Below the pieces are notes generated by a model. That model was not told the DNA's origin. It saw only the letters and a program-made list of their open reading frames with translations, and searched no databases. Both the position numbers and the translations under genes were made by a program. Below are positions 26,102 to 38,989 of a stretch of 64,000 bases of DNA, piece after piece. Every line of letters begins with the position of its first letter. Positions within the stretch are counted from its first letter, which is position 1. The DNA comes from Stegostoma tigrinum (Eukaryota), in NCBI RefSeq assembly GCF_030684315.1, contig NC_081382.1, positions 33,924,620-33,988,619 of the forward strand. Direction: 5' to 3'.

Positions 26102-27124
26102 CTCAAAATCCTAAATGAAACACAGTTTAATGTACATGTCGAAAAGAACTCCAAACAGATCAAAGCACATTCTTCTGTGAAGTCTTTCAGTTTGCCCCCT
26201 CACCAATTTCAGCCTTGTTCAGTACTATGAGGTAATTTATGCAACTAAAACCGGAGGGGGAATCTGTTACTACAGCAAAAGAACACAAATTCTGGAAATT
26301 TGAAATAGAAACAAAAACATACTGGAAATACTCAGTAACTAGGCAGCATGTGTGTTAAAAAAATGAATTTAATATTTCAGGCCAGCGACATTTCATTGGT
26401 TCTGATTTCCAACAGCTTTTCTTTCACAGGAAGTGTAACTGTCTCAGGTTTGGCTGTTGACTTCACTTTGGCCTCGTCCTCAAAAACTAAGGGAGTAACA
26501 GACCAACAGACTAGCTGTCCAACCTTTTTCTTTACATTGCAGGGAAGTCACATACCAGGCCATCCAAATCCAATATTTTTAATTGAATGGACTACATAAA
26601 TCCATACCATTCAGGGACATTAAATCACTTTAGCTTTAAAGATACAACACATTAAAAAAACTAGCAACAAATCTCAGCATAACTTTTTCAGATAAGTGTA
26701 ATATCTGAACCGACAACATAGTTACTTGTACTTGCATCTAAATATAGCTCATTTGCTTTATTAAGCAGTCTGTCAAGTATTCTAGCTAGCAGACACTACT
26801 TTGAAAATGAAGATCCAATATGAAGTTTGATTTGTTGGTGCGGCTGAAGATGGAGATTAGTTCTTTGCAGGATGCTGACTGATCCTACAAATCAACCCTG
26901 CCTGTATGTTTTGTTCCATAACTTATTATCTTTTCTCATGCTCCCTCAGCCTATATCACTTGCAATGACTCAAGTCACACTTTTAATGTTTGTTGATCAA
27001 GTGTTCTGTGTTTAGACAAAATAGCACACAAACACAGAGTACAGGAATAGGATTCAGCTGAATTCATAAACCATTCAAGTTGTATTTTTATGGCTCAAAA
27101 TCCTAAATGAAACACAGTTTAATG
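26102..27124 (+). repeat. Exact 31-bp dispersed direct repeat (26102-26132 and 27094-27124)
   Basis: ctcaaaatcctaaatgaaacacagtttaatg occurs twice, 992 bp apart. Confidence 0.85.
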
Positions 27125-27414
27125 CTTGATGCATTGTTCTTGACTCGTGCAAAAGTAGTTTTAAAGTCTTACGTCAATCTACATGTTAAGGAAAACTATA
27201 TAAATACTTGTTGTGCTTAACAGGGGATTTTTCTCTGTGCAAAAATTGAATTTCTCAGAATTTCTTTGTGAGCAGAAATTATTTCTAAATTCTGACGTTG
27301 ATCCTTAGATAGTTTTAGTTCAGCAATACACAAAAATGGCTGCATGCTTTCTAAAAGTTTTAATCTTTTCTCCCATTCTGTTCAGTGAATGATTTACACT
27401 TCCATCTCACTTAC

Positions 27415-27538
27415 CGTGTTGCTGGCTGTTATCTATACTCTGATGCTCTGTGTACCAGGCAGACAGCCCTCGGTGCTCGATCCCCACCAACTGTGGGCAC
27501 GTTGTACTCTCTCAGTGCCATAGGAGCAATTGCCAGTA
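27415..27538 (-). other. Putative 124-nt internal 5' UTR exon of the divergent gene
   Basis: - strand ctttctaattaattctgtctgtaaaatttcAG|TACTGG...AACACG|GTAAGT: branch-point-like CTAAT, acceptor, consensus donor; GC-richer than the flanks. Confidence 0.6.
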
Positions 27539-29262
27539 CTGAAATTTTACAGACAGAATTAATTAGAAAGCTGAATTACTTGACAATGTAGAATGTAAAG
27601 CAATTGGTCAAAGACTTTCAGTTGACCGCCATAGAAATTTGTACTTTATTCCAATACTCACTTGAAGCAACTCTCCCCACTCTGGCATTTTATTCCTGAT
27701 TCATGTTCATTAAAGCTCTCTATTAGATTCTTCAATAACATAATTTTAAATAGTGATAACTGTGAACTGCTATGATAGATTAGCATCAGTTGAAATTCAT
27801 CCACATTGTATACAGAGTTGGTGTGACACCATATAAACAGAACACAGGAGCAACACTGAGTCCCGTCTCAATTAGGTACTTCACAACAAGATGTCTATCA
27901 CCTGGCCATCTCAAAATTTATATCTAGAGGATTATTTCTACTTGAGAAATGCAAACCTGTAAGTGGCAATGTAAGGACCATACTGATTAACGGCTTCCAC
28001 TTGTAGACAATACTGAAACCGAGGAAGGATCTAAAGGATCGTACCATATTCGAAATTTTAACTCCGATTCGCTCACCATAGATGCTGTCAGACTTGCTGA
28101 GTACCATGCTTTCATTAGTGAAGTTTCCACATTGAAATTCATTAAGATTTTTCTACTGATATTTTGATCTCCCCCAACTTTATTTACAATATAGAAGTAA
28201 TTCATAAATTCTAATGCACATGAGACTGTTCTAAAATATCCTGAATTGTACCAAAATATTGGTTTCAGTGATGCAAACTACTGTCCAGCTCATAAGTCAT
28301 TAAATGCGAAGATAAGCTTTACCCCTTGGATTAACTGCTAAATTACAATAGTCATTTCCATAAATTTCGCCATTATATGAACTTCTGTCCCGAAAACTGA
28401 TCTTGACAAAAGACAAGAATGAAAAATGGCCCATTCAGTTCTTCAGAGTCACTGTCTATTGTATAGGTTCATTGAAAGTCATAAAATTAAATGGAGCAGG
28501 TAAATTATGGAAATTAAGTGATTGGAAAGAAAAAATACTCACATTCCATCGAAAATAAAACTATAATATTCAGCAAACATACAGGCAAAAAAGTATCTGA
28601 AATAATCAATAGCCTGCCTCCTCATAATAAACTTCTCATTCTGTTGATAAGCAGAACATGCACTGCACCTGTAGACATCAGCTCTGAAACAGAATTCAGC
28701 TTAACCCCGTCAGTTTTTTAAACTTTCTCCCCAGAAACTAAAATGGCAAACATCTCAGAGAAACTCACAATTCCACGTTATTTCAAAGGTACAGACTTAA
28801 TGACTCTGACCCTAGGAGCATTCTGATTTTATAGCTCAGACAATCTCTAAACTAGTGCTTCCCAAAAAGTTTCCTTTGCCCACAGTGAATCCCACTTAGG
28901 CTTGCAAAGAGTTGAGAACCCTAAGTGAGACTAGTGAAGACAGAATGGGCTAAAGTGGAGGGGAGGGGTCATATATAAATGAAGTCACGATTATGAGTTG
29001 CTTAGATCTCTGTGGTAGTCATTGCTGCTGGGGAGTTCACATTTTGGGAAATCGTTCTCTGGTCTGCTGGTTTGCTCGCAGCAACAGTGCTGAACTTGGC
29101 CACCGAAGATAAGATATTAGGAGGAGAAAAATCCAACCATTACTAGGTACACTGACTGTTACTATGACAGCAACAGGTGTGGACAAGATCTGCTTGAATG
29201 AACAATCACTGTCAAGATTTACATGTAAGTGTCATCTATGTGGACAAACTGCCATAAAACAA

Positions 29263-29486
29263 CGAGATAACAAGGTGTAGAGGTGGATGAACACAGCACG
29301 CCAAGCAGCATCAGAGGAGCAGGGAGGCTGACGTTTCGGGCCTACACACTTCTTCAGAAAATGAAGGAGGGTCTAGGCCCAAAACGTCAGCCTCCGTGCT
29401 CCTCTGACGCTGCTTGGCCTGCTGTGTTCATCCAGTTCTACACTTTGTTATCTCAGATTCTGCAGCATCTGCAGTTTCTACTATCT
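29263..29486. mobile_element. Short fold-back PLE family A element with 14-bp TSD
   Basis: TSD ctgccataaaacaa at 29249-29262 and 29487-29500; inverted arms; axis at cttcttcagaaaatgaaggag. Confidence 0.9.
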
Positions 29487-31869
29487 CTGCCATAAAACAA
29501 TTCCTGATTGGGGAATTGTGCTCCAGTTGCACAAATCAACACTTTCAAGAGTGGTGCTTTGGAAAGAAATTGTAAAGTAAAGCAATAATGTACGCAAGTA
29601 AGAAAACCAGCAGGATTCATCAACATACTTAGGACTACATTCTCACGAAACAACTGTTGCCTAAACTTTGAGATTGGGTACTTGGGATGAACTCGATATC
29701 AAAAACAAAAGACTCAGACTTTCTACACTAATTTTGTTAGAAAACTTAAAATTACATACTGTGTTTCATGCCTGTTTCAGGTATCCAGTTGATTTAAAAA
29801 ACCTCAGATAGCCAGAAATGGAAGAGATTCCAACAAACAGCACTTTTATGCTAATGCATCAATATCAGTAAGATTTATAATCTGCACCATTCTGTTTACA
29901 GACTTTTTGCGCAGTGTCAGTGTTGGGTTTATAATCAGAGTCTAGACTTTCAATCAAGGAAACACTGACCTTTGACAATTTCAAGTTCAACGTACGAAAC
30001 AGAAATGGGGATAAATTAGGTATTAAGATTGACTAACAATGGAGTCAATGATTAGACTTTAAAGAGAATATTAAATCAATATAGATTTCAAACTGAACAA
30101 TCTTAACCACAAAGATTAAATTCTGCGATGGATATACTTATAATTGTTTGGTCAATAGGTGCATTCCTCCAGTTTTTCATATCAGTTGAAAATTACATTA
30201 GGACACAAAAGGAGAAAGAGAGAACTTTAGTGGCTCCTATAAATTTGAAATAGGCAGACTAATGTAACATATTTGGGAGTAGGTAGTTTGTGGTTGCATT
30301 TTTACACTATTACAATTCTCAACCTCTTTTCTGCCATTCCCACTATTGACCCTGGAGGAAAACAAAAAGTACCTTTTCCAAGTTGCACAGTATAATTGAA
30401 GGTGCATGTTTATTCCTCATTCTTTCTATACGGTTCATAGATTTAATCACTAAATCTGTGAAATGGCAGTTATTTGGCAGTTTTTAAATGCCTGGCAAGT
30501 TCATAGAATTTCACATCAGCAGTAGTACAAACAGAATTACAAATTTAGAAAGAAAGAGAAATAATCATAAGTCAAAAGATTCACATCTATTAATAAGTAG
30601 CACTTGTGTTAAAGCATCTCGCATCTCCATTTTAAGCCTGCAAAATGGGTAAATAAACTAATGAGTTGTTCACAAGCCTCCATTATTTTTAAATTGCCTT
30701 CTGGGCAAATCATCACTCAGAGGTGCTCCTTTAAAAGATGTGGAAAAGGCTCCATTATAAAGGATATAACAAAAACCGAGGACGAATCACAATGGGAATC
30801 ACAATGTCAACCAAGTTACATCACATTCCTGTTGCTTTGGTATTATCCAACACCACATGCTGTGTTGGAAAACACTGCTGAAAAGAAAACTGGTGCTTTT
30901 GGCTCAATGGTGCACTTATCACCACTGCTCATCACACAGTGAATTATATTTGTATGAAACCATTGTTAAAAAGGACATGCTCACAAGGAGGCTGTCATAG
31001 GTCTATTCTGGTAATAAAGTAACAACTGTATGAAGAGCCAAAAACGGATAGACCTCCTTAACTATATTGCAACAAAAACAGATTGAAAGGATCCCGAATA
31101 CAAAAGGGAGAAAATAATCAAAGCTAAAAACAGTGGTGTTTTGAACTACCCAGAAGAATTTTAAAGCAAGTCAAAAGTCCAGTTCTACTGCTGAAATAAT
31201 AAAATTAAAAACTGTATACAAAGTAAAAGGACAGGATGGGTACTTGCTACGCCTCAAATGTTATTAGATCTCAGCTCCCAAGTCTGTCGTCAGATTCACT
31301 GCTACACACATCTTAGAACAATTGCAGGTGTAAATCTTGGCAATGGACTGCAACACAATAGGAAGAGTCCAGCCAGTTGATGAGAAGTTTTCAATAGAAC
31401 TTCCTTTCACATCAGACAGCATGACTGCCAAACGGCTCCAAACTCCACAATTTTTTGAATATTCTTAATCCCAACGCACAGCAAGATTTTGACTTTCAAT
31501 ACAGAACAAGGACATTTTAAAAGGATGTCAGTGAACCTTACCTTGAACTTATTGTTCTCGGATCTCTTGCACAATAGAGGCACTGTGGCCTCCATGTCTG
31601 CAGCCTCACCAAAATGGAAATATTAGAGTTTAAAAATAGTTTTCTTTTATAAAATGTGTTGTCTAAATATTTGTATATTAATCAGGAAAAATGGGACGTC
31701 AGAGTCCTAATTCAGTGTAGCTTTCAGCAAATTAGTTCCAATAGACAAAAAGGAATAACAAGTTAAGCCGACACATTTTGTCCATACTTCAAAAAACTGC
31801 AACTGCTCATAGATATGAGAGCAATAATATCTCACCCCATCTAAAGATGCACTCCTTTGTCACAAATGC

Positions 31870-32720
31870 AAACTCTCAAGAACAAAGGGGTGAGACATAG
31901 CAAATGGCAGACTATGTGGTAACAAGGCCTGGCGTGTGGGGTAGGGGGCTGGGATATGGGAGAGTTTAGGCCCTAGAATTAGTGAATTCAATATGGAGTC
32001 CAGAGGGCTGCAGGGTCCCGAGAACCCGATGGGTAACCATGCCTTGTTACCGCATAGCCTGCCATTACACACCCCCTGTTGTTAGTCACCAACAGTCCCC
32101 ATTAACAACTATTCACCCTCCCAGCCTGATCATTAGCAACTCCTTTGTCTGTCCAACTGCCTAGCTCCCTCTTTGGGCTCTATCCTATCATTTACTCCCA
32201 ACCCCACCCACCTCCCTGTTTCCTGCAAATAATGTGACATTTTCCCAACCACCAGGCCCAAAATGTTAGATAACAAAAAGTGTGGAGCTGGATGAACACA
32301 GCAGGCCAAGCAGCATCTCAGGAGCACAAAAGCTGACATTTTGGGCCCAGACCCTTCATCAGAGAGGGGGATGGTGAGAGGGTTCTGAAATAAATAGGGA
32401 GAGAGGGGGAGACAGACCAAAGATGGGTAGAGGAGAAGATAGGTGGAGAGGAGAGTATAGGTGGGGAGGTGATAGGTCAGTCCGGGGAGGACGGACACGT
32501 CAAGGAAGCGGGATGAGGTTGGTAGGTCGGAAATGCAGGTGCGGCTTGAGGTGGGAGGAGGGAATAGGTGAGAGGAAGAACAGGTTAGGGAGGCAGGGAC
32601 GAGGTGGGCTGGTTTTGTGATGCAGTAACTCTGTTTTCTCCTTCACTGATGCTGCCAGACCTGCTGAGCTTTTCCAGCAACTTTGTTTTTGTTCCTGATT
32701 TACAGCATCTGCAGTTCTTT
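31870..32720. mobile_element. Composite of PLE fragments: inverted family B-like piece (31870-32255), family A - strand 3' end (32268-32618), family B + strand 3' end (32620-32720)
   Basis: - strand GTLQPSGLHIEFTNSRA* (EN C-terminus) near 31970-32020; 31902-31931 is inverted at 32037-32067; family A UTR with hammerhead at ~32335-32362. Confidence 0.75.
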
Positions 32721-32734
32721 CAGATTTTAATGAC

Positions 32735-34370
32735 ATTTGGGGATTTGTTAATTGGGAAACTAGTCAGCGACCTCTGCAACTGTCAACATGACTCCAAGAT
32801 AGTATGTTGCGTCCTGAATGCCAGTTCACAGATGTCAAAGAACAACTGCAGGGAATTCTGAAGGAAGTGGGTGAACTGCCAGAGGTCATGGTTCACACTG
32901 GGACAAATGATGGGCAAACTGGCAGCTTAACAATCCTGATTGAAGGGTATTTAGATGATCTGGTGAAATAACTGCACAGAGTCCACTATCCACTTGATTT
33001 ACATTTGCATAGCACATGGAGTCTGACCAGCTAGCTCAGAGCCAGACCTGAGAGTGAGGAGACTCAGACTCCTGTTTACATGTCAGCTAAGGGTCTCTGA
33101 TTGGCACAGGTTAATAGGCCCAATTAGGGGTCCCACTCATCAAAATCCACCTGGTCAACCTCGCTCCAATCACTACATCAGAGTGAAAGTTAAAAATACA
33201 AAAGGGGCAAACACACAATTGGGCATGTATTATAGACCCACCTCCCCCAAACAGTGAGATAGAGGATAAAATATGCAAACAAAATGTCAGAGAAACAGAA
33301 AAATAATAAGGCAATAATAACAGGAAATTTTTAACTACCCAAATATTAACTAGGATAGTTTTATAATGCGAGTTAAGGTGTGAGCAAAGTTGTTAAACTG
33401 GATTCAGGAGCAATAAGAGAGTGGGCAGGTCTAGACCTAATATTCAGAATTATATCCAGGCAAATGGAAAGCAGTAACCATAAGTCAATAACATTTAGGA
33501 TTGTTATGGATAAGGATGAGGCAGGAATAAGTGTTCTAAACTGGCAAAGGTTAATTCAACTAAGATAAGATACAATTCAGCCCAAGTGGACCAGGAGCAG
33601 CTACTTGCAATAAAACTGAGTCAGGGCAGTGGAATGCATTCAAGGAAGAAACAGCGGAAGTTTAGGGCAAGTATATTCCTGTAAAGACAAAGAGTGGACT
33701 CAATACTAGAGAACTATGGACATCAATACACATAAAAGTCATGATTAAGTGAAAGAAAAAGCTAAGGGCTCAATGCAGCAATGCACCTAGAGGTGTATAT
33801 TAGGTATGCAAGGGAGAAACTTAAAAGAGGAAATTGGGCAAGCTAACAGGACATGAGAAAGCAAAGATGGGTAGGATTTTTTTTAAAATACAAAGAGCAA
33901 CAGACTAACTATGGAAAGAGTACAGTTCACTAGCAATCATAGAGGTAAGCTGTCTATGGACCCAGAATACGTGGTAACAGTTCTCAATGAATTCTTTGCA
34001 ATGATGTTCAAAATGGAAATGGACATCATGGGTACAGAGATCAGGTGGAGGACTGCGAAATATTTGAAGAAATTAACGGACAGAGGCAGGTTTAGCAGCC
34101 TTTAAGAAAGTGGATAAATGTGTGGGTGTATTCCAGGTTACTGAGTGAGGCAGGGGTTAAGCTATCTGGGGCCTGAGGTGCTAGGGTCTCTTGAACACCT
34201 CAAAAAAATCAAATTTGTCAAAGGTGACATTCCCTTAACATATCCATGCTGACTATCCATGTCTCCAAGTGAAGATACATTCGGTGTCTCGGAAGTCTTT
34301 TTAATATCCCCACCATTGAGGTTGCATTTAATAGCCTCTAATTTCCTGGTCCATCCTTTCTTTGTCATTT
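32735..34370 (+). mobile_element. Decayed CR1 (ORF1 esterase, APE endonuclease, linker), split by a solo LTR
   Basis: GDLLIG...DSKIVCCV..EVMVHTGTND (SGNH esterase); LGMYYRP; VLNEFFA. The last ~170 bp are inverted. Confidence 0.7.
32964..33177 (-). mobile_element. Gypsy-type solo LTR related to the 55940-59659 provirus LTRs
   Basis: - strand TGTAGTGATT...GAGGT...ATTAACCTG..CCAATCA...GTTATTTCA; same termini as 59438-59659. Confidence 0.8.
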
Positions 34371-34549
34371 TTTAAAAACCTTCTGCATGGTCCTCTGAGG
34401 TTCCCGACTGATATTCAGTTTTGGAAGTTATTACCAATGAGTTGACACACTGATTGGTGTACACAGATCCTCAGAGTGGCTGTGCAGCCACAGAGCTTGG
34501 ATGGAGCTTGTCTGGATATCTCCTCCCTTGCTTTCCTCAGCAGACTCAA

Positions 34550-34780
34550 AGAGTCACAGAGTTAAACACCATGGAAACAAACCCTTTGGTCCAACTCACC
34601 TATGTTGACTAGGATTCCCAAACTAAACTAGTCCCATTTGTCTCTGTTTGGCTCATATCCCTGTAAACCTTTTCTATCTATGTACCTGTCAAAACATATT
34701 CTAAATGTGGTATCTGTCCCTGCATCTACCACTTCCTCTGACAGTTCATTCCATTCACACACGACCCACTGTGAAAAGGT
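34550..34780 (-). mobile_element. CR1 3'-end fragment
   Basis: FSQWVVCEWNELSEEVVDAGT CR1 C-terminal motif. Confidence 0.8.
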
Positions 34781-35004
34781 TGTACAAGCTTGATTTTCTA
34801 TTTTTAAATAGTATGATTGACACAAATTTACAGATCTCCAATTATTTTTCCTATCTCCATCAGTTACCACATTTAAAAAAGCACCTGTGTAAATATTAGA
34901 GTACATCTCATGAAAAGAACATACAAGACAAACTGTGAAACACTCACATAAAAGTAAAAATCTAAAATTAAAATAAAACAAGCAAATGATGTAACGATCA
35001 ACAG

Positions 35005-35216
35005 AGATAATGGGAACTGCAGATGCTGGAGAATTCCAAGATAATAAAATGTGAGGCTGGATGAACACAGCAGGCCAAGCAGCATCTCAGGAGCACAAAA
35101 GCTGACGTTTCGGGCCTAGACCATCAGATGAAGGGTCTAGGCCCGAAACGTCAGCTTTTGTGCTCCTGAGATGCTGCTTGGCCTGCTGTGTTCATCCAGC
35201 CTCACATTTTATTATC
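35005..35216. mobile_element. Young short fold-back PLE family A element with 13-bp TSD
   Basis: TSD taacgatcaacag (34992-35004) / taacaatcaacag (35217-35229); ~83-bp apparently perfect inverted arms; axis ccatcagatgaaggg. Confidence 0.92.
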
Positions 35217-35734
35217 TAACAATCAACAGGTTTGGCAGCTTCTTTGGAGAGAGTAATTCAGTTAATGTGTTGAGTTGAATATGTCTCTCATTCAAGTCGG
35301 ATGACTTTTTCAGAAGAAGTCAGATTTCACTTGAAACACTAACTTTTTCTGTTCCCACATATGGTGACAGACTATTTTTAAGAAAAATACGTATGACTGA
35401 CCCAAATTACAACCAGAAGCAGTTAACTGTAATTTTCTTCCACTGACTCTCACTTAAATCAAAGATCTCTTCCCTATATCTGGTTTTATCCAAAAGACAG
35501 TGCTGAAAACATCACTGGTTATTCATCATGCGTTCAAGAAGGGAATCTATTGCCAGTATGTTATCAAAATAAGTAGCCTGGGACATATCTCATTCCAGCC
35601 TGTGGATTTCTCCATTTTTGAGGCTGCTAACCATGCTGGCATCTTCTCACTCTCTGTTAATTTCCTCTAATATTTCACAGCCCTTTATCTTGATATCTAT
35701 ACCTTTAGCATTGTGAAGACTGGCACAAAGTATT

Positions 35735-36720
35735 AATAAAGAGGGCAGTGCATTTGATTTGGCCTTAATGGGCTTCAGCAAGACTTGACAAAAATGTAAG
35801 AGCCCACAGGCAAACTGGGACACTGGTTTCAAATTAGCTGACGAAGGAAGTAGAGAGTGTTGGTAGAGGCACATTTCTGTGATTGGAAGAATATTTCCAG
35901 TGGGGTTCCACATAGTTGAACATTCAAGCAACTGCTATTTGTGGTATACATTAATGATTTCCACTTAAATGGGGAGGGTATGATCAAGAGGTTAATGGTA
36001 GACACAAAAATTGGTAGTATGGTAATTAGTGAGGAGGCTAACCATAAACTGTAGGAGATCAATGGTCTGGTCTGGTGAGCAGAGCAGTGGCAACTCAAAT
36101 TTGAACTCTGAAAAAATGAGAGTTAAAGGACTTGGGGATGCTAACAAAGCAGGGAATTTCACAATGAATGCAGGACCTGAGAGTACTGAAGACCAGATGA
36201 ATCTTGGTGTGCACATCTACAGATTCATGAAGGTGACATAGAAAAATCGATAAGATGGCTAAGAATGTATATGGGATATGTATGCAGCTGAGGTATAGTA
36301 TACAAGAGCAGGGACGTTACATTGGAACTGGCTGGGCCATAACAGGAATATTGTGTGTAATTCCGGGCAACACATTATAGATTGCACTAGAGAAGGTACA
36401 CAGGGTACTTATCAGGTTGTTGCCTGGGTTAGTCTATAAGATTATGAAAATGTAGTTGGGTGGATTGGAAAGCACTTTTCACATTTATAGAGGGGTCAAT
36501 ATCCAGAGGGTGTAGATTTAAGGTGGGAATAGAAAGTCCAGAGGAGAACTGAAGACAAATGTTTTCACCCACAGGGTAGTGTGGTGGGAGTTTAACTTCT
36601 CTGCCTAAAATAAAGTGGCTGAGTCAGAAACACTTGTAACATTTGGGCAGTAACGAGATATCCAGCACAGGCACAATGGGCCGTAAGGCTCCCTTCTATG
36701 CTGTGAAAATCGAGTCTATG
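35735..36720 (+). mobile_element. CR1 LINE RT/3' fragment
   Basis: tccagtggggttcc, gacacaaaaattggt (DTKIG), NLGVHIYRFMKV motifs. Confidence 0.75.
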
Positions 36721-37404
36721 AATGAATTGCCTGCAACAACAAATCTCATTTTTTCGCAATGGCCATAAACCAGAAAACTACAACTAACACCTGCATTCAG
36801 TCCCTGTGCCTTGGCTCCCTGGCTGTAAATATACCAACTGTCTATCAACTCAATTATGAGCTCAATCAGTTCTCAACTGAATCACCAGATAGCTTCTTGA
36901 CAATAACTCCTGCCAATATGAAGAATATTTCAGCCTTGCTAAACACTCTTTTTCCAGCAGCCATGTGCACAGCCCATCTATATTTCGGTTGAAGAAATAA
37001 ATGTCTGCAATGGAGAATAGCATGTGAGGATAGCAACCCACTGATGAGTAGCAGATAGACATATTACCAAGCTGAAGTTTAATCAATCACAGCAGCATTA
37101 ACAGTTATGTTTGATCTGTATTCATCACATGTCTACACAGAAAAGCACTTGGAGCACAGACTGCTGGGTAGCAATGAACAACAAAATATGTGCCTACATT
37201 TTAGACCTGCTTATTGTAAAGTATTACATATTTAGTCACAATGAAGTGAAGTATAATGCTGCAAGCTAGTTAGTGACCACCGCAACAGATTTCCTACTGA
37301 GTTATGGCATTGGTGCCTTTCAGTTGTGTGACTGTAAACCATCCAAATTTTGTACAATTTAAATTTGATTATCTATCATTTCTGGGTTCATTGCCACCTT
37401 AATA

Positions 37405-37920
37405 ACAACTTATTTAATGGTTTTTATGCAACAAAGTATCACAAGATGCTTCACAGGAACATTACAAGGCATAGTAAGCCACTGTGCTACATATAAAAAG
37501 AAATGTCAGATGACTAAACATTTGGCCAAAGCAAGAGATTCAACTACTGCCTTAATAAGACAAAAGCAAGGTAGAGACAAAGAGGTGTGGCAAGGGTTTT
37601 AAGAGAATGCCAGAGCTTAGGATCTAGTCAACTGAAAGAAAAGTCATGGAGAAATTAAAACTGGGGAAGCACAAAGGCCAGGGTTAGAAACACACAGACT
37701 TCTTAGAGGATGCACCTGGAGGATGGTGCAGAGATATTGAAGTGAAAGATATGGAGGTGCAGAGATATGGAAAGATTCAAAATCAAAGCTCATACTTGAG
37801 AGCCAAGATGCTGCTTAAACAGGAGTTAACGTAGATTAGCGAGGATACTTGAATGAAGCCAGCTGTGATTTGAGACGTGAGCAAGGAAGTTTTAAAATAT
37901 TCTCACGTTTTCAGAAGCAG
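37405..37920 (-). mobile_element. Decayed L2-type LINE 3' fragment
   Basis: acaacttatttaat..gcttcacagg..gccagagcttaggatctag pattern, shared with 24980-25260 and 21610-21780. Confidence 0.45.
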
Positions 37921-38299
37921 AAAACATGATTAATTATTCTCATCTGATGCTGAATGTCAAAATAATTACTAGGTGTTGCAATTCAGATGCCCCAATCATG
38001 GCAGTATCATTCCACATCCACTGATCCCCAAACTTTAGCTTCTAAACACTGCAAGCACTTACAAGCCCTGGGTCTATGACCCAGAGCTATCAACTACAAT
38101 CAATATGCAAATCCAATGCAGAAGCACCAATAATCTGGTTACCAGGCTGATGTATACTGATTCCCTAGCTGTCAGCTCATGGACATCAGAACTCTGGTTG
38201 TTAGCCAAAGATACTAAAGTACAAATTCCTGACTCACAGCTACCAGAATAGCCAGCTGACTATCACCAATGTATGTGGCTAGCAATATATTCCCATTAG

Positions 38300-38620
38300 A
38301 ACTGCATTTGTTAATCCCAGCCATTCCAAGGTTTCTAGCCATTGTCATCAGATTCCAGGTTTCAATTCACATATAAGCCTAGTCAGGCAGGAATTCCCAT
38401 CCGAGTCCTAGCTGCTAGTCACTCTCAGGTAAATTGCAGAGTGCCATTCTTATCAGAGCCCCGTTGCCTGCAATTGCCCAGAGTCCACACAGCCTGCCAG
38501 TCCCAACAGATCCCATACTACCAGCCATTCCCAGGTTATTACTCCCAGTTGCTCCCAGGGTGCCGGCCAGTCCTATCCGATCACACGCTATTATTCCCAG
38601 CATGCCAGCCATTCCCATAA
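38300..38620 (+). repeat. Degenerate tandem repeat with (c)cagccattccca units
   Basis: ccagccattcc at ~38317, 38521 and 38606, plus partial units. Confidence 0.5.
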
Positions 38621-38715
38621 ACTCTGAGGTGTAAAATCCAAGCTGATGCCGGTTAACACTAAGCCAGGACGGATCATTGAATGAAACACAAACACATCGC
38701 GCAATCCCAGCTCAC

Positions 38716-38800
38716 CTCCCGAGCAGTGGGCCGCACTCTACATCCGCGGGCTTTACCCACATTGCCAGTCCCTGTTCGAAGTTAATATGTTTATTTAGTT
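38716..38800 (-). other. Putative non-coding first exon of the divergent - strand gene (LRRC8A expected by synteny; start approximate)
   Basis: - strand donor GAG|GTGAGC in the CpG region. In human, KYAT1 and LRRC8A are head-to-head and LRRC8A has non-coding 5' exons. No LRRC8 coding sequence is in this window. Confidence 0.5.
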
Positions 38801-38855
38801 TGGAGGGGGGTACAGGGGCTGTTCTCTCCCTCAGGAACAAACATTCCCCCACCCG

Positions 38856-38871
38856 GCGGAAGTGACGTCAC
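38856..38871 (+). promoter_or_regulatory. Overlapping ETS (GABPA-type) / full CRE composite element
   Basis: GCGGAAGTGACGTCAC exactly matches the known (C/G)CGGAAGTGACGTCAC ETS-CRE promoter motif. Confidence 0.85.
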
Positions 38872-38989
38872 GCGCAACCTCGCCAGCTGCACATCCGCCG
38901 GTTGGGGAATTTGCGCCAAAATGTACATATTCCAATTGATAAACTTATTCGGTTCCGTCATTTTCCTCAGAGGGAAACAAAAATCACAC

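Noticed and set aside
35005-35216. Pre-miRNA, rho-independent terminator, CRISPR array or DNA-transposon MITE
   Set aside because: The arms match the PLE 3' end, TSDs are long and variable, and the context is eukaryotic with no spacer array.
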